The notes: a model not told the origin generated them from the letters alone. DNA of 64,000 bases from an uncultured Methylomirabilota bacterium (GCA_963705305.1 OY970067.1:3200001-3264000), one strand, 5' to 3'. Shown: positions 19,001 through 29,257, counted from the stretch's first letter. Program-made: numbers and translations.

Positions 19001-22000
19001 GTTCATCCAGGATGCCAATCCCCTCGGGCTGGGTCAGCGTCACGGGAAGTGACACCGGCGTCGGAAAGGTATAGACGTGGACCGATGCCGCGGGCTGCCC
19101 GTTGATCAGCGGCACGAGCGGCATGGTGCCCGGGCTGAGGGGCCGGACCGTCACCGTGGCCGGTGCGGTCGCCACATTGGCCACCCCGCGGGGATCCGTG
19201 TACCTCCCCGTGATCGTAAAGCTGCCGGACTTCGTATAGACGCACTGCCCGTCCCCGTCCAGTGTCTGCAGCGGGGTCGTGCCGCAGTCTACCGTCCGGT
19301 TGGCCACGGTCGGGCTGGCCGGCCAGTGGACGCCCACGGCCACGCTGGCGCTCGGGTCCTTCTGGGCCACCGGCTCGAGGGTGAGGGCCAGCGTATTCAC
19401 CGTCAGCGTGACGCTGGCATCTGCGTGCAGGCTCTGCCCGCCAGTCGTCTTGGCCAGCAGGGTGAAGGTGTAGGTCCCGCTCGCCGTCAGGGAGGTCTGG
19501 GCCTGGAACGTCAGGCCATCCTGCTTGCTCAAGGACAGGGCCGGAGCGGGAATCCCGTTCCGGGTCACCTGGATGCTCGAGCTGGCGAGATCCACTGTGT
19601 CCGCGAAGCCGACCGTGCCGACCTTCTGGAAGCTGATCGGGAACGTGACCGGGACCGGTGTGCTATACACCGTCAGCGGCGCGGTCGCTGCCACCCCGTC
19701 CACGATGGCGACGAAAGGTTGCGCGGGGTCGAGCTGGAGCGGCAGGGCGGGGATGCTCAGGGTGCTCGTCCCCGCCGGGACGTTGGGTGTCCCCGTCGCG
19801 TCCGTGAACGTGCCACTGATGGTGTAGGTCCCGGCCGCGCCGTACTCGCAGCGCACACTCGCACCCGTGCGCTTCTGGGCAGGCGTGGTGCCGCATTCCA
19901 CAATTTGGTTGGTTGTGACAGGCGTCGTCGGCCACTGCACCGGGACGCTGACCGCCTGCGTCGTCTCGGTCCAGCTTGGGGCTCCGACGCTCAGCGTGAC
20001 TGGGCTCAGACTGAGGGTGAAGGTGACCGGTGACGTGCTCACTGCCTGTCCGCTCTGAGTGCGGGCGTTCAGCATGAGGGTGTAGGTCCCTGGCGCGGTC
20101 AGGCTGGCACTTGTTGTGTAGCTCAGGTCCTGCGTGTTTGCGAGCGCGAGGGTGCGCGGCGTTTGCCCCGTCTGCGAGAGGATCATCTTGGCGTTCGCGG
20201 CATCCAACGGGTCATAGACACCGACCCCGTCCGCCGGCGCGAACATGAGGGCAATCGCCAAGTTGGCCGGCAGGCTGTACACGAGGAGATCCGTCTTGCC
20301 ATTGATCGTGTACGTGATCGGAGTGACCGTCAGCGCCTGCCACGGCACGTCCACCGTGAGCGGCGCGGTCGGGACGTTCGGGGTCCCCATGGCATCCGTG
20401 AAGCGGCCGACCACCGTGTACGACCCGCTTTTGGTGTAAAGGCAGGTGGCGCTCGTGCCCGTGGAGGTCTGGGGCGGGGTCGTGCCGCAGTCAATGCTCA
20501 GGTTGCTCGCGGCAAGGTCACTGGGCCACTCAATCTGGACGGTCACGACGCCCTTCCCCTGGGGATCGTGCTTCGTGAGCGTGATCGCGGTGGAATTCAG
20601 GGTGAAGGTCTGGGACGTTCCCACCGCTTGGCCCGTCAGGGTGTAGCCGCTGAGCGTCACCGTATACGCCCCGGCAGAGTTGAGAGCGGCCGTGCCGTCT
20701 GGCGTGGCCAGGGCGTACAGGTAGGTCACCCCGTCATTGCTCACCGCCGTGAGGGGCAGGCTCTGCGCCGGTTGCCCCGTTGGCGCGATCACCACGCGGC
20801 TCCGGTTGAGATCCAGCAGATCCGGGACCCCTGGCGTACTCGGGAGCGTGAGGGTCAGACCGAGACTGAACCGGGCGGGCAGGCTGTAGACCTGGACCGT
20901 CCCCGTCGCGGCGTGGGCGTTGACCGTCGGGGAGAAGGCGGTCAGGCTCCCCGCGACCGCGGGCACCGTGATCGGGACCGAGGGTGCCGTGAAGCTCTGT
21001 CCGTTCAGGACATAGGTCCCCGTGATCGTGTAGGTGCCCGGCGCGGCATAGGTGCAGACATCCGGGAGTACCGTGAGCACCGCCCCCTGGCCGCAGGTGA
21101 CACTCCCACTGGTCGGCGCGCCGCCGGCCCAGGAGACTTGCGTCGTCACCGAGGAGCCGGCCGCCTGCAATGGTGTCGTCGCGATCGTCACGGGTTGCGC
21201 GATGATGAAGAGCAGGCTGCCCGCCGTGCCACCCCCCGGACCCACCGTGCTCACCCCGATGGTGGCCGTCCCCGCATTCTTGAGGCTCGCCGAGGGGATC
21301 ATGGCAGTGAGGGTGGTCCCACCGCCGCTCACCGTGCTGGTCAGGGAGGAGCCGTTCCAGGTGATGCTCGATCCCGTCAGCACGCCGCCGGAGACGAAGT
21401 TGGCCCCGGTGACCATGACGGTGACCCCGGTGGAGCCTGCCAGCGCGGTGGTTGGCGAGAGGATGGTCACCGTGGGGCTCGGGTTCGCCACGGTGAAGGT
21501 GGCGCTGTTCGATGTGCCTCCGCCTGGCGTCGGGTTCGTGACGCTCACCGAGACCGACTGCGCCGTGGCGACATCTGCGGCCGTCAGGGTCACCTGAATC
21601 TGCCCGCCGCTGAGCCATTGCAGTGAGGTCCCGGATTTGGTCTGGCCCCCCCAGTTCACCGTGCTACCACTCACGAATCCGGTGCCATTGATGGTGATGG
21701 TGGGTGGCGGACTCCCCACCAGCACCGAGGGAATGTCGAAGGAGGTCACCGTCGGCACCGGGTTCTGCACCACGAAGGTGATCGTCCCCGCCGACTGCGT
21801 CCCCTTCGCGGGATTTCGCACGCCGACCTTGTGCGTCCCTGGCGTGGCCAGATTGGCGCCGGGGATGGTCGCGGTGAGCGACCCGTAGTTGTTCCAGGTC
21901 GTGGAGGTCAGATCCACGCCGTCCCAGGTGACGATCGCGCTCGGGTCGAAGCTGCTCCCGGTCACGGTCATCGTCACGCCCGAGCTTCCGGCCACAGCCG

Positions 22001-23213
22001 CGCTCGGGGTCGTGCTGCTGATGGCCGGCGTGGACTCGATGACGCTGAAGCTCGTGAGCGCCGCGCTCGGCCCGCCGCCTGGATCAGGATTGTAAATGGT
22101 GATCGGCACATTGGCCCGGGTGGTCTCGAACTCGCTGCCGGCGATTGTCACCTTCAGGGTTGAGGCATCCTGGAAGCTGACCGCGTTGCTCATGCCACTG
22201 GCCGGACAGACGTAGTTCGTCGCCCCCGCTGCGGGCACTCCGGCCGTCCCGGGGCAGTAGTAGTCCGAGCCAAACTTGACATACGCCCCGCTGACGAAGC
22301 TGCCTCCGGTGATCCGGAGCTGGGTGTCCGACGCCCCCTTGGTCACCGAGCTTGGGGAAACGGTGGCCGGGTTGGGGATCGGATTGGTCAGCGTCAGGAT
22401 GGCTGCCGTCGCCGACTCCCCGCCTGCCCCCGCTCCGTTCGGGTCCGGGTTAACCGCCGTGATCACCACTGTGCCCGGATTCGGGAAGTAGCTCGGTGGT
22501 ACGGAAATCCCCAGGCACGGGAGATGGGGGCATCCCGCTGGCTTCGTCCCGGTGAGCGATGGGGTCGTGGCCGTCCCCGGGAGCGGTGCGTGGTTCCAGT
22601 AGATCAGCGAGTCGTTCGTGAAACCGCTGCCGCTGACGTAGAAGCTGAACTGGGTGGGGGAGCCCGCCTGGTACGTGAGCGTTTGCCCCGGATCCAGCGT
22701 GGGCGTCGGGTTGTTTACGGAGACCGTCAGGTTGGGAGTGGCTCCCGTGGGCTGGGTGACCACCTTGACCAGCACCGTCCCGGCATGGAGGAAGAGGCTA
22801 TTCGGAATGTTCACGACAATCTGGGTGGCCGACAGGCTCGTGATGCCGCCACTGGCGCCGCCGGGCAGGTTCGGGTAGTAGAAGTCTTTCGAGTTGTTGA
22901 CTCGAACGAAGGTGCAGTACTGGCCCGAGACGCTGGCCGATCCGCACTTGCCGTTCGCGTCGGGCGTCGTCAGGTCGAAGGTGCCGGTCAGAGTGAATGC
23001 CGTCGTGCTGGTGCTCGTGTTCGGCGTCACCTCGGTGACGGCAATGATTGAGGTCGGGTCGATCCCGGTCAGCGTCGACGCCTCTCCAGGGATGGCTGGC
23101 AGGAGGAGCGCCAGGAGAAGACCTAGGAACGTGAGTGTCGCGGACACACCCGTCGGGCAGCGCCACCCGAGGTGGGCTCCAGGCAACCGGTAGAACGAGC
23201 GGTGCGTACCCAT
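16071..23213 (-). CDS. Giant (~2,380 aa) secreted Ig-like repeat protein (IPT/TIG and PKD-like domains)
   Basis: GGAGG RBS before ATG 23213, signal-like hydrophobic segment, several IPT-like repeats (NPxP...ITGxxF), seven Cys-paired repeats CG(T)xP...CxYxxxGxYT; Thr/Pro/Gly rich. Confidence 0.85.
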   Translation of the reverse strand: MGTHRSFYRLPGAHLGWRCPTGVSATLTFLGLLLALLLPAIPGEASTLTGIDPTSIIAVTEVTPNTSTSTTAFTLTGTFDLTTPDANGKCGSASVSGQYCTFVRVNNSKDFYYPNLPGGASGGITSLSATQIVVNIPNSLFLHAGTVLVKVVTQPTGATPNLTVSVNNPTPTLDPGQTLTYQAGSPTQFSFYVSGSGFTNDSLIYWNHAPLPGTATTPSLTGTKPAGCPHLPCLGISVPPSYFPNPGTVVITAVNPDPNGAGAGGESATAAILTLTNPIPNPATVSPSSVTKGASDTQLRITGGSFVSGAYVKFGSDYYCPGTAGVPAAGATNYVCPASGMSNAVSFQDASTLKVTIAGSEFETTRANVPITIYNPDPGGGPSAALTSFSVIESTPAISSTTPSAAVAGSSGVTMTVTGSSFDPSAIVTWDGVDLTSTTWNNYGSLTATIPGANLATPGTHKVGVRNPAKGTQSAGTITFVVQNPVPTVTSFDIPSVLVGSPPPTITINGTGFVSGSTVNWGGQTKSGTSLQWLSGGQIQVTLTAADVATAQSVSVSVTNPTPGGGTSNSATFTVANPSPTVTILSPTTALAGSTGVTVMVTGANFVSGGVLTGSSITWNGSSLTSTVSGGGTTLTAMIPSASLKNAGTATIGVSTVGPGGGTAGSLLFIIAQPVTIATTPLQAAGSSVTTQVSWAGGAPTSGSVTCGQGAVLTVLPDVCTYAAPGTYTITGTYVLNGQSFTAPSVPITVPAVAGSLTAFSPTVNAHAATGTVQVYSLPARFSLGLTLTLPSTPGVPDLLDLNRSRVVIAPTGQPAQSLPLTAVSNDGVTYLYALATPDGTAALNSAGAYTVTLSGYTLTGQAVGTSQTFTLNSTAITLTKHDPQGKGVVTVQIEWPSDLAASNLSIDCGTTPPQTSTGTSATCLYTKSGSYTVVGRFTDAMGTPNVPTAPLTVDVPWQALTVTPITYTINGKTDLLVYSLPANLAIALMFAPADGVGVYDPLDAANAKMILSQTGQTPRTLALANTQDLSYTTSASLTAPGTYTLMLNARTQSGQAVSTSPVTFTLSLSPVTLSVGAPSWTETTQAVSVPVQWPTTPVTTNQIVECGTTPAQKRTGASVRCEYGAAGTYTISGTFTDATGTPNVPAGTSTLSIPALPLQLDPAQPFVAIVDGVAATAPLTVYSTPVPVTFPISFQKVGTVGFADTVDLASSSIQVTRNGIPAPALSLSKQDGLTFQAQTSLTASGTYTFTLLAKTTGGQSLHADASVTLTVNTLALTLEPVAQKDPSASVAVGVHWPASPTVANRTVDCGTTPLQTLDGDGQCVYTKSGSFTITGRYTDPRGVANVATAPATVTVRPLSPGTMPLVPLINGQPAASVHVYTFPTPVSLPVTLTQPEGIGILDELNLGSSAIAMTKDGVSAGSLTLTRIDGLHYTASASLTASGTYTFTLLGLTGSGATVTTTGSLVLTLTPVTLTAGVAEQRVGWTVAVPITWPADPVVTEMVADCGTSPTQTVTGPTGTCLYTQAGSYTVTGRFTDPVGAPNTATAPLTVTIPALALNQPALVPMLGNQPLAGRTLYTLPQTIGLPVTFTAADGVGVPDSLNLGTSKMVVTKDGTQIARLTATRTDALHYTASFSPSGFGAYVFTLDGHTQRGSSLTTSVALPLTLATITLQADPPVQDGANVSVPIHWPADAPSADATTDCGTRPAQGFSGLTGECTYAKAGSATVTGAFTDPNGSRRVATAPLTVSVASVPVTVKEITIALNGQPANRATVSTTLPAVLDATVTLAPPAVVGIVDPIFGQTSVLTITRPQMAAITVTLTLSADGLTLTGQTLLNAPGDYHVAFSGRTQGNVALSGAVDTSLSGAPISLQVGALAQTGPRTILVPLTFPEELPASKYLVDCGTHPAQMLAGQSVTCTYTAPGTYQVVGYFTPQGSQTRTQTEPSEVVIPAQVPPYLDLAVQFLNAGYSSEPNDSRPDARKYHLTPTIYPVDVRVTIVVPGLDAEGVGVPSAFDEGSAKLTLTLTGTADGQAMVNGPSTTLPLHYDATSNTFIVQTSLRGFLLDGVTPHISGQYSLVFTGTLQDGTPVTQSASLLIDEPLLQAVAFLYGIDGPYAPTTYRYRLTELQSPVKRERITISWTAVSLADPSAPPIKSTRGSTNFAVTFTQPGTYRVSLAVLGTVSGSFAWSEDITVQAPPTDAPYITISSGGAQRPPVQYLLKYTVPPGALDARDRVTTSTWIADGIALHWPPNRATVTQPGTHTFALTVKTAAGKELTASQTVDVAENMVPRGTIDCTKTQVGTASATLRCSANGLDPDGSVKIRRWVVPELKVDVRQGWSLKVPVNSPPETATVHLYATDNSGATLDLGPVTVPLRPQN

Positions 23214-23547
23214 TGGCGGTCCTCCTTTGTGCTTTGTGCAGACCCCACCGCGACCAATATGATCGGGGTGGGGACGACAATCGCTGCCAGGTGGTCGGGG
23301 GAGAGATCCGCGCCAACGGGTGAGCAGGGTAGCCGTCCTGCAGTGATGTGGGAGGCGGGCTCCTGCCGACGGGTGATCCCGGGTGGCCTCCGTGCGACGC
23401 CGATCGACCGTTGTCTGCAGCATCGGGCCACCCTGCATCCTGATAAACCGCCAGCCGGTCTGAGGGGACCCGGTGGCGGGATCCTGACGTTACATCCAGA
23501 GCCTCCGGCTGCGGGGCATCCCCCGCGGCTCCGGACCGTGTGTCCCT

Positions 23548-24126
23548 TCAGTGGCTGGACTGCCTTGGTGCGGCCATCCTCATCTCCTGGAGGGGCTCGG
23601 GCAATGGCAGAAACCTGCTGTCCTCGGCGCCCGTGGCCCACATCACCACACGCTGGACCCTGCGAATGTAGCGTAGGGCGGCCCTGCGCCGTTTCGGGGA
23701 CCTCGCCCAACCTGCCCCGACGTTGTAACAGCCAATGGCCTCCCAGGTGTAGCCATATTCCCTCACGCACTGCTTCAGCACCCAGGTTCCCGCTGCGGCG
23801 TTCGCGCAGGGGTCTCCGAGGTAGGGCCAGATGGATGCGAGGCCGCGGGGATACCACCAGCTGTTGATCTGCATGAGCCCGACATCGTAGCTGCCGTTCC
23901 TGTTCCAGTTCAGGGCGGAGGGGTTACCCTCGCTTTCCGCCCAGGCGATCGCCCGGAGGAGCGTGGGATGGACGTTGGCCCACTTCGCGGCGCGCTCCAG
24001 GCACCCCGGCTCGGCCGCGGCGAGAGTCGGAAGGAGGCTGCTCAGCAAGAGCCAGCCCGCGAGGGGCCAGGCGGATCTTCGGGGTGGGGTCACCAGCGCG
24101 AGCGGGTCCCGCATGGGGGGCCTCAC
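23548..24126 (-). CDS. Lytic transglycosylase (VirB1-like SLT)
   Basis: AIAWAES (catalytic Glu), DVGLMQINS and GCYN motifs; signal peptide. Confidence 0.92.
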   Translation of the reverse strand: MRPPMRDPLALVTPPRRSAWPLAGWLLLSSLLPTLAAAEPGCLERAAKWANVHPTLLRAIAWAESEGNPSALNWNRNGSYDVGLMQINSWWYPRGLASIWPYLGDPCANAAAGTWVLKQCVREYGYTWEAIGCYNVGAGWARSPKRRRAALRYIRRVQRVVMWATGAEDSRFLPLPEPLQEMRMAAPRQSSH

Positions 24127-25343
24127 TTCAGGTGCTTTGCTGGCGGCATGACGGACGGTGCCGTCTCCGCCGGTTCTGGCGGTGCCGCAGGATGCGGCAC
24201 CAGGCCGGTCGGGACGGCCGTGGCCGCGTGCGCAATGCCCGGTCTCAGGACCGGTGCCGCGGCTGCCTTCTCAGGGTGCGTGGCCTTTGGGGCTGGCAAG
24301 GCCGGCGCTGCCTTCTCTTTGGCGTCTTTCGCGGGCGGTGCGGGGGGGAGCGTCGGTGCGGCCTGAGTCGCCGCAGCCGGAGCATCCGGCTTCGCCGCCT
24401 TGGGGACGGGACCGGCCTGGCCGGGCACGCACACAACCTTGGGGTTGCAGTCCGGCTTCTCGGCTTGGCTCACCGCCGGGCTCCCGGAGGCTTCCGGCTG
24501 CGGCGCAGCTGGCTTCTTCGGCTTGGGAGCGGGCTTCGGGACCAGCAGGGCCTTGGCCTCCCTCACCTGCACGCTCGCCCCGTGCTCATCGAGCACTCGC
24601 CTCAGGTACAACTTGCCGGCCGTGGGATAGCCGCTATCCAGGAATGCGAGGCCGAGCTGGAAGAGGGCCTCCGGGGCCTTGGGATCTTTGGCGTGCCCTT
24701 CGACCCACGCACGGAGGGGCAGGGTCTGCCGGGGCGTGGCCTGCAGCGCTTTCAGGGCCTCGGTGAACTCGCGGCTGTCCGTATCGGGGTCAGGGGCGCT
24801 GGCGGTTGGCCCGACCGGAGCCGCCGGGCCGGCTGTGGCTTTGACCTCGCCCAGCGTGCGCTCGAGCTCCTTGATCCGAATCTGAAGGCTGCTCACCATA
24901 CTCTCGAAGCGGCCGCTCAAGGCCGTCAGGTCGCCGCCGACCTTGCCGACACTGGCCGTGAGGGGCTTCAGGTCCGCCGGTGTGACCGCCGACTTCATCG
25001 CGGCCACGGACTGTTCGAAGACCGCCTTGATGTCCGCCGCCGCCTGGGCGTACCGGTCATCAAACTTCCGGAACTGCTCCTCCATCCACGGCTTGGTCAC
25101 CCCGGGGGTGTCCGCGGGCGGGACGGGCACGGGCGCGGGCACGTAGGCTGCGGGCTGGAGGCTGGTGGCCTGGAGCGGAAAGGCGGCCTGGGCCCTGATC
25201 TCCTCGGGGGTGGGGCCCTTCGTGGCACACCCGGCCCCCAGGGTCGACAGGGCCAGGAGGAGAAAGAGCCCCTGCCGGATCGATGGCTTACCGGCCCGGG
25301 CGAGTCGGTTACGGTGCAGCGGGCACATCGACGGGCTTGACAT
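24123..25343 (-). CDS. Lipoprotein with coiled coil and TPR (CpoB/YbgF-like) and Pro/Ala-rich tail
   Basis: Lipobox LGAGC; APEALFQLG...YLRRVL TPR pattern. Confidence 0.65.
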   Translation of the reverse strand: MSSPSMCPLHRNRLARAGKPSIRQGLFLLLALSTLGAGCATKGPTPEEIRAQAAFPLQATSLQPAAYVPAPVPVPPADTPGVTKPWMEEQFRKFDDRYAQAAADIKAVFEQSVAAMKSAVTPADLKPLTASVGKVGGDLTALSGRFESMVSSLQIRIKELERTLGEVKATAGPAAPVGPTASAPDPDTDSREFTEALKALQATPRQTLPLRAWVEGHAKDPKAPEALFQLGLAFLDSGYPTAGKLYLRRVLDEHGASVQVREAKALLVPKPAPKPKKPAAPQPEASGSPAVSQAEKPDCNPKVVCVPGQAGPVPKAAKPDAPAAATQAAPTLPPAPPAKDAKEKAAPALPAPKATHPEKAAAAPVLRPGIAHAATAVPTGLVPHPAAPPEPAETAPSVMPPAKHLK

Positions 25344-26307
25344 GGCTCACGGCTCCTTCCGGGTTGGCCTCGGGGATCAGCCGGAGGAGACGAGTGGCAA
25401 TCTCCTGCTCGGTGAGAATTCCGGTCCCGAGGCGTGTCAGGGAACGGGTGCGGGGTTGAAGCAGGTAGAGGCCCGGGAACTCTGTGACCTGCAGGGATTC
25501 CACGATCAGCGGGTAGGGGAGCGCTGCGGTTCCATCGGCCAAGGTCATGAGCTCCGTGGCGATCGGCCGCACGGTGAACTCGTACGTCTCCCCCCACTCC
25601 CTGAGGATCTTCCAGGCGATCTCGCAGCTCCGGCAGTTCGGCTGCACGACGAGCAGGAGGCTCACGGTCTCCCGGAGGGAGGCCAGGTCTCGCTTCTCGC
25701 GGGTGGCCCGCTCCGCGTCATACGCGCGTTGCGCGACCCCTCCGAGGGGCATGGCATCGGGCTGATCGAAGCCGCCGTCCGTCCAGATCACCTCCTGCCA
25801 TATTCGCGAGAACTGCTCCGAGCGCCGGAGGGATTCCTGCTGCACGAGCAGGTACTTGCGGACGCTCACGCGATCCAGGCGGGTCAGGGCTTGGTCCATC
25901 AGGACCGGGATCCATGCCCGGATCGCCGCTGCGGGGACCGTGGGGAGCATCTGGGCCAGTTCGGTGTCCGGCAGTTGCCGCAGGTATCCCTCCAGGACCG
26001 GCCCTTCCGTTGGCAGGCTGGACATGGGTCCTGCGTGGTCCTCCGGCCGCAGGGGCTCCGCCCAGTCCGGTGCGTCCGGCTTGGGTGCGTGCTCTTCTGG
26101 CTCCGGCGCTGGCTGGGGTGACGGGGTGGGTGTCTCCCGCTCCTCGTGGTAGAAGTACCAGCCCCGGTCCTTCTGGAAGTACGGGAACTGCGTCGGCCAT
26201 TCTGCCTGCGCCAATGCGGGGAGCAGGCCATTCACCCCCACCGCCAAGGCTGCGCTGCAGGCCAGTGCCCGGAGGGCTCGTCGTGGTCGCCTTCCGGTGG
26301 TCAGCAT
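25309..26307 (-). CDS. traF: F-type conjugal transfer protein TraF
   Basis: RGWYFY motif, V.KYL..Q....S..F...W segment, thioredoxin-like NCRSC...FPGLYL. Confidence 0.85.
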   Translation of the reverse strand: MLTTGRRPRRALRALACSAALAVGVNGLLPALAQAEWPTQFPYFQKDRGWYFYHEERETPTPSPQPAPEPEEHAPKPDAPDWAEPLRPEDHAGPMSSLPTEGPVLEGYLRQLPDTELAQMLPTVPAAAIRAWIPVLMDQALTRLDRVSVRKYLLVQQESLRRSEQFSRIWQEVIWTDGGFDQPDAMPLGGVAQRAYDAERATREKRDLASLRETVSLLLVVQPNCRSCEIAWKILREWGETYEFTVRPIATELMTLADGTAALPYPLIVESLQVTEFPGLYLLQPRTRSLTRLGTGILTEQEIATRLLRLIPEANPEGAVSHVKPVDVPAAP

Positions 26308-26756
26308 CGTGGCAGCACCTTCCGGAGGTAGGGGAGCGCATGGGACGCGTCCAGCCCGTACACAATGGCAAAGGGCCCCTCGTTCCGGTTCCCGCAGGTC
26401 AGGACCACCGCTGGGACGGCCTCCACCCCGTAGGCCTCGAACGGCAGGGGATCCACCTCCAAGCCGGCTCCCTCGGCGACGAGGTCCTTCAGGTTCAGCA
26501 GCGTCTCCTGGAGTGAGCTTCCGACGAGCCCGCGGAGGATCAGCGGAGCATCCAACCCGGCAGCATCCTTGGCGAGGGCGAGCAGGCTGACCATCGGCAG
26601 GCTGCTGGAGATGAAGACGTAGAGGTGCGGGGAAATCTCCTCCGGCTCCACGGCGCCGGCCCGGTCCCCGACCATACCGAGCAGGCCCATCGTGATCAGC
26701 ACAGCCAGCAGGCGGCGCCTGAGACTGCGCCGGTGGAGGAGCGGTGTTTCCCTCAT
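26301..26756 (-). CDS. trbC: F-type pilus assembly protein TrbC
   Basis: YVFISSSLP, ILRGL and VDPLPFEAYGVEAVPAVV. Start moved to ATG 26756. Confidence 0.88.
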   Translation of the reverse strand: MRETPLLHRRSLRRRLLAVLITMGLLGMVGDRAGAVEPEEISPHLYVFISSSLPMVSLLALAKDAAGLDAPLILRGLVGSSLQETLLNLKDLVAEGAGLEVDPLPFEAYGVEAVPAVVLTCGNRNEGPFAIVYGLDASHALPYLRKVLPRC

Positions 26757-26814
26757 CGAATCTCCGAGCCCCGCGCGCTCCTGGCGAACCGATGCAACAC
26801 GCCGTGTTGCAATG

Positions 26815-27975
26815 CTACCGAGCACAGCAGTCGCGCTGGCGCCAGACGAGGAAGGAAAAGTCTTCGCCATAGACCGGGTAGGCCTTTCCGGACCCCCACA
26901 GCAATGTGTTCCGGCCGATCGGAGGGCAGCACAGTGGGGTCGCGGTATTCGGCAGGGGATACAGAAGCTGGAGCCGGTACTGGCTCTTCCGAATCATGCC
27001 CGTATAGACCTTGTCGCAGAGGGCGAGGTCAGTGGACGTCAATGCCTCGAAGTACGCGCGGTTCATCTTAGCCAGGGTTCGAGCCGCGAGGAGGGCCGCC
27101 GTGTTGGCCTCGCCGACCGGACCGGCCACGGTCCCGGTGTACGGGTACATGCTTCCCCAGCAGCCCGCACACCAGAACAGCGGGTCAATCGGCCATCCGG
27201 CGCTGGCTGCCAGGCAATCCCCGGCGCACAACGCCTGGCTGATCGGGTTCCCGAACAGGATCGCCTCAGGATTCAGCAGGGCAGCGATCTCGTCGTCGTT
27301 CCAGGTCGGGTCCAGTTCACTCAGGTAGAGCAACGTGTAGTTGGAGACGTCGTAGCCGCCGGTCGAGAAGCACTTGGAGAGGTCCGGGAAGAATCCCGAC
27401 GCAATGTTGCTGATCGAGCTCCCCACGAGCGATGCGGTGAGCCCAAGAATCTCCCACAGGGGGGTCCCGATATAGTGGACGTTGTAGAAGGCGGCTTGCC
27501 TCGTGTCCCCGTTCTGGGCCTCGGTGTACTCCCCGCTCCGCTCGTAGGTGCCCTTCTTCATCTCGACCCCCTCGAGCGAGGGAAAGCAGAGCGGCTCCTT
27601 CACGACCTCGATGAGCCGGATCGGCTCGGAGAAGCCGACCGTCACGCCGGGAAAGATCTTGTCGTCGCAGTGGCAGAAGGTGGAGCTCGGCGCCGCGGGG
27701 TCCGGCGCGAATCCCTTGCTGAGCAGGGTCTTGCCCCCAAGGCGGAAGGGGAACACACAGCCCCAGCACACCTTGGTGAGCATGGTTTCCAGGACCTGGC
27801 TCTTGGGGCAGAGCGCCATGGCGGGGCTGGGCAGAGCGGCCAAAATGATCACAGCGAAGACCAATCTGGCGACCGCCGCCCCGCCCAGCGCGCTGCGCGG
27901 GCGGGAGGCAAGAAGGAAGGGAGCTGGCGGGTGATAGGTGAAGGTGCCGCGACGCAGGTTGATGGGGTGGATCAT
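26815..27975 (-). CDS. traU: F-type conjugal transfer protein TraU
   Basis: VCWGCVFP, YLSELDPTW, FWCAGCWG..YP and WRQRDCC. Start moved to ATG 27975. Confidence 0.93.
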   Translation of the reverse strand: MIHPINLRRGTFTYHPPAPFLLASRPRSALGGAAVARLVFAVIILAALPSPAMALCPKSQVLETMLTKVCWGCVFPFRLGGKTLLSKGFAPDPAAPSSTFCHCDDKIFPGVTVGFSEPIRLIEVVKEPLCFPSLEGVEMKKGTYERSGEYTEAQNGDTRQAAFYNVHYIGTPLWEILGLTASLVGSSISNIASGFFPDLSKCFSTGGYDVSNYTLLYLSELDPTWNDDEIAALLNPEAILFGNPISQALCAGDCLAASAGWPIDPLFWCAGCWGSMYPYTGTVAGPVGEANTAALLAARTLAKMNRAYFEALTSTDLALCDKVYTGMIRKSQYRLQLLYPLPNTATPLCCPPIGRNTLLWGSGKAYPVYGEDFSFLVWRQRDCCAR

Positions 27976-29257
27976 GGGGTGCCTCCCGATCGGTCGCGGG
28001 TTTCGACCCGCGACGTCGGGCATTCTGCCAAAGCATTCGCATTCGACAACCGCATCTTTCTGCAAGACCCTTCTCCCGCGATGTGGTTGACGCTGGATCT
28101 CGGGGCGGGCGGCCTCCGCGCGGGGTCTCGGCTGGATCGGGCGGAGTCAGTCGCGGGCTGTCGGTTGTCGAATCGGCTGTTCCACCGGGCGTAGGTCGGC
28201 CGCTCGTCGAGCATGCGGAGTCCGGGGCAACGGCCCGCTTTGTCCAGATTAGCCTTCTGAAATTCCTCCAGGAGCGCTTCGGATAGCTTGATGAGGTGTG
28301 TAGTAGCGTCCGCGCCACTCCGGGCGAGGTCGTCAGAGACGTCGGATAGGGCCTCGAAGAGGATTGAATGGGCGCGATGGGGATTGGAACGGAGTTGGAC
28401 GTGACCATCGAAAGCGGCCCACTCTTTATGGTCGTCATATCCAGGGTAAACATTGAATCCTATGGGGCATTAGGATCGTTCGCAGAGCGAATCGGATCTT
28501 ACTGGGAGCTGGGGAACTGCTGGAACCTCGGCTTCTATCCGCTCGAGGACAACGGCTAACCCTCGGGGGGCTGTCGAACTGTGCAGCGGTGATGGCGGGC
28601 ATCGCCCCGCGCACGATCCGCACGTCGGGGGATGCGGGGACCCGGAAGAGCGGGCGCGCGGCTTGCAACCCCAGAGAGTTCCTCGAACCCGGCCCAGCAA
28701 CCTCGCGTCATTGCTGTCAAGGACGGCACGGTGCCTAAACCGCCGTTCGAGGCCGAGAAGGACGACTCATGAGGCTTGAGCGCACAATGCTCTATGGCGG
28801 AACCGCCACCGAAACAGCCTCATCCATCCGCCCTTGCCATAAGTCCGCGAGAGCACGTTTCAGTCTACAATGGCCGAGCGGTTGACAACCGCCAGAATGC
28901 AGTCCGCGGGCAAGAACGAAGTACGCATTTCGGGCACTGTTATCGAGCCGCCACCGGAACAGCCACTCCGAAATTTACCACCTCTAACCCATCGTAAGAC
29001 ATCTCCCTCCCGAAATTCATCCAAGAGGGAATGATCAGAGGCGGGCAGCTTGCAGCAGATCGTGGGAAAGATCAATCGCGATAGTAATTACCAGTATTCG
29101 GGAAGAACAAGATCCATTTGGCCGCGCTCTTACTCATAACGCGCCCTCCCTTCTTGGCGGTCTCGTCCCCATCAGAGCGTCCCGGACGGGCCGCCCCGGC
29201 CCTACCACCATCGCCACAGTGCTACAAGGAATATGATGGCCACCACCAGGGTGAGAT

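Noticed and set aside
28000..29250. Genes or att site between traU and the cytochrome cluster
   Set aside because: Only short ORFs without motifs; no repeat matching the tRNA end was noticed.
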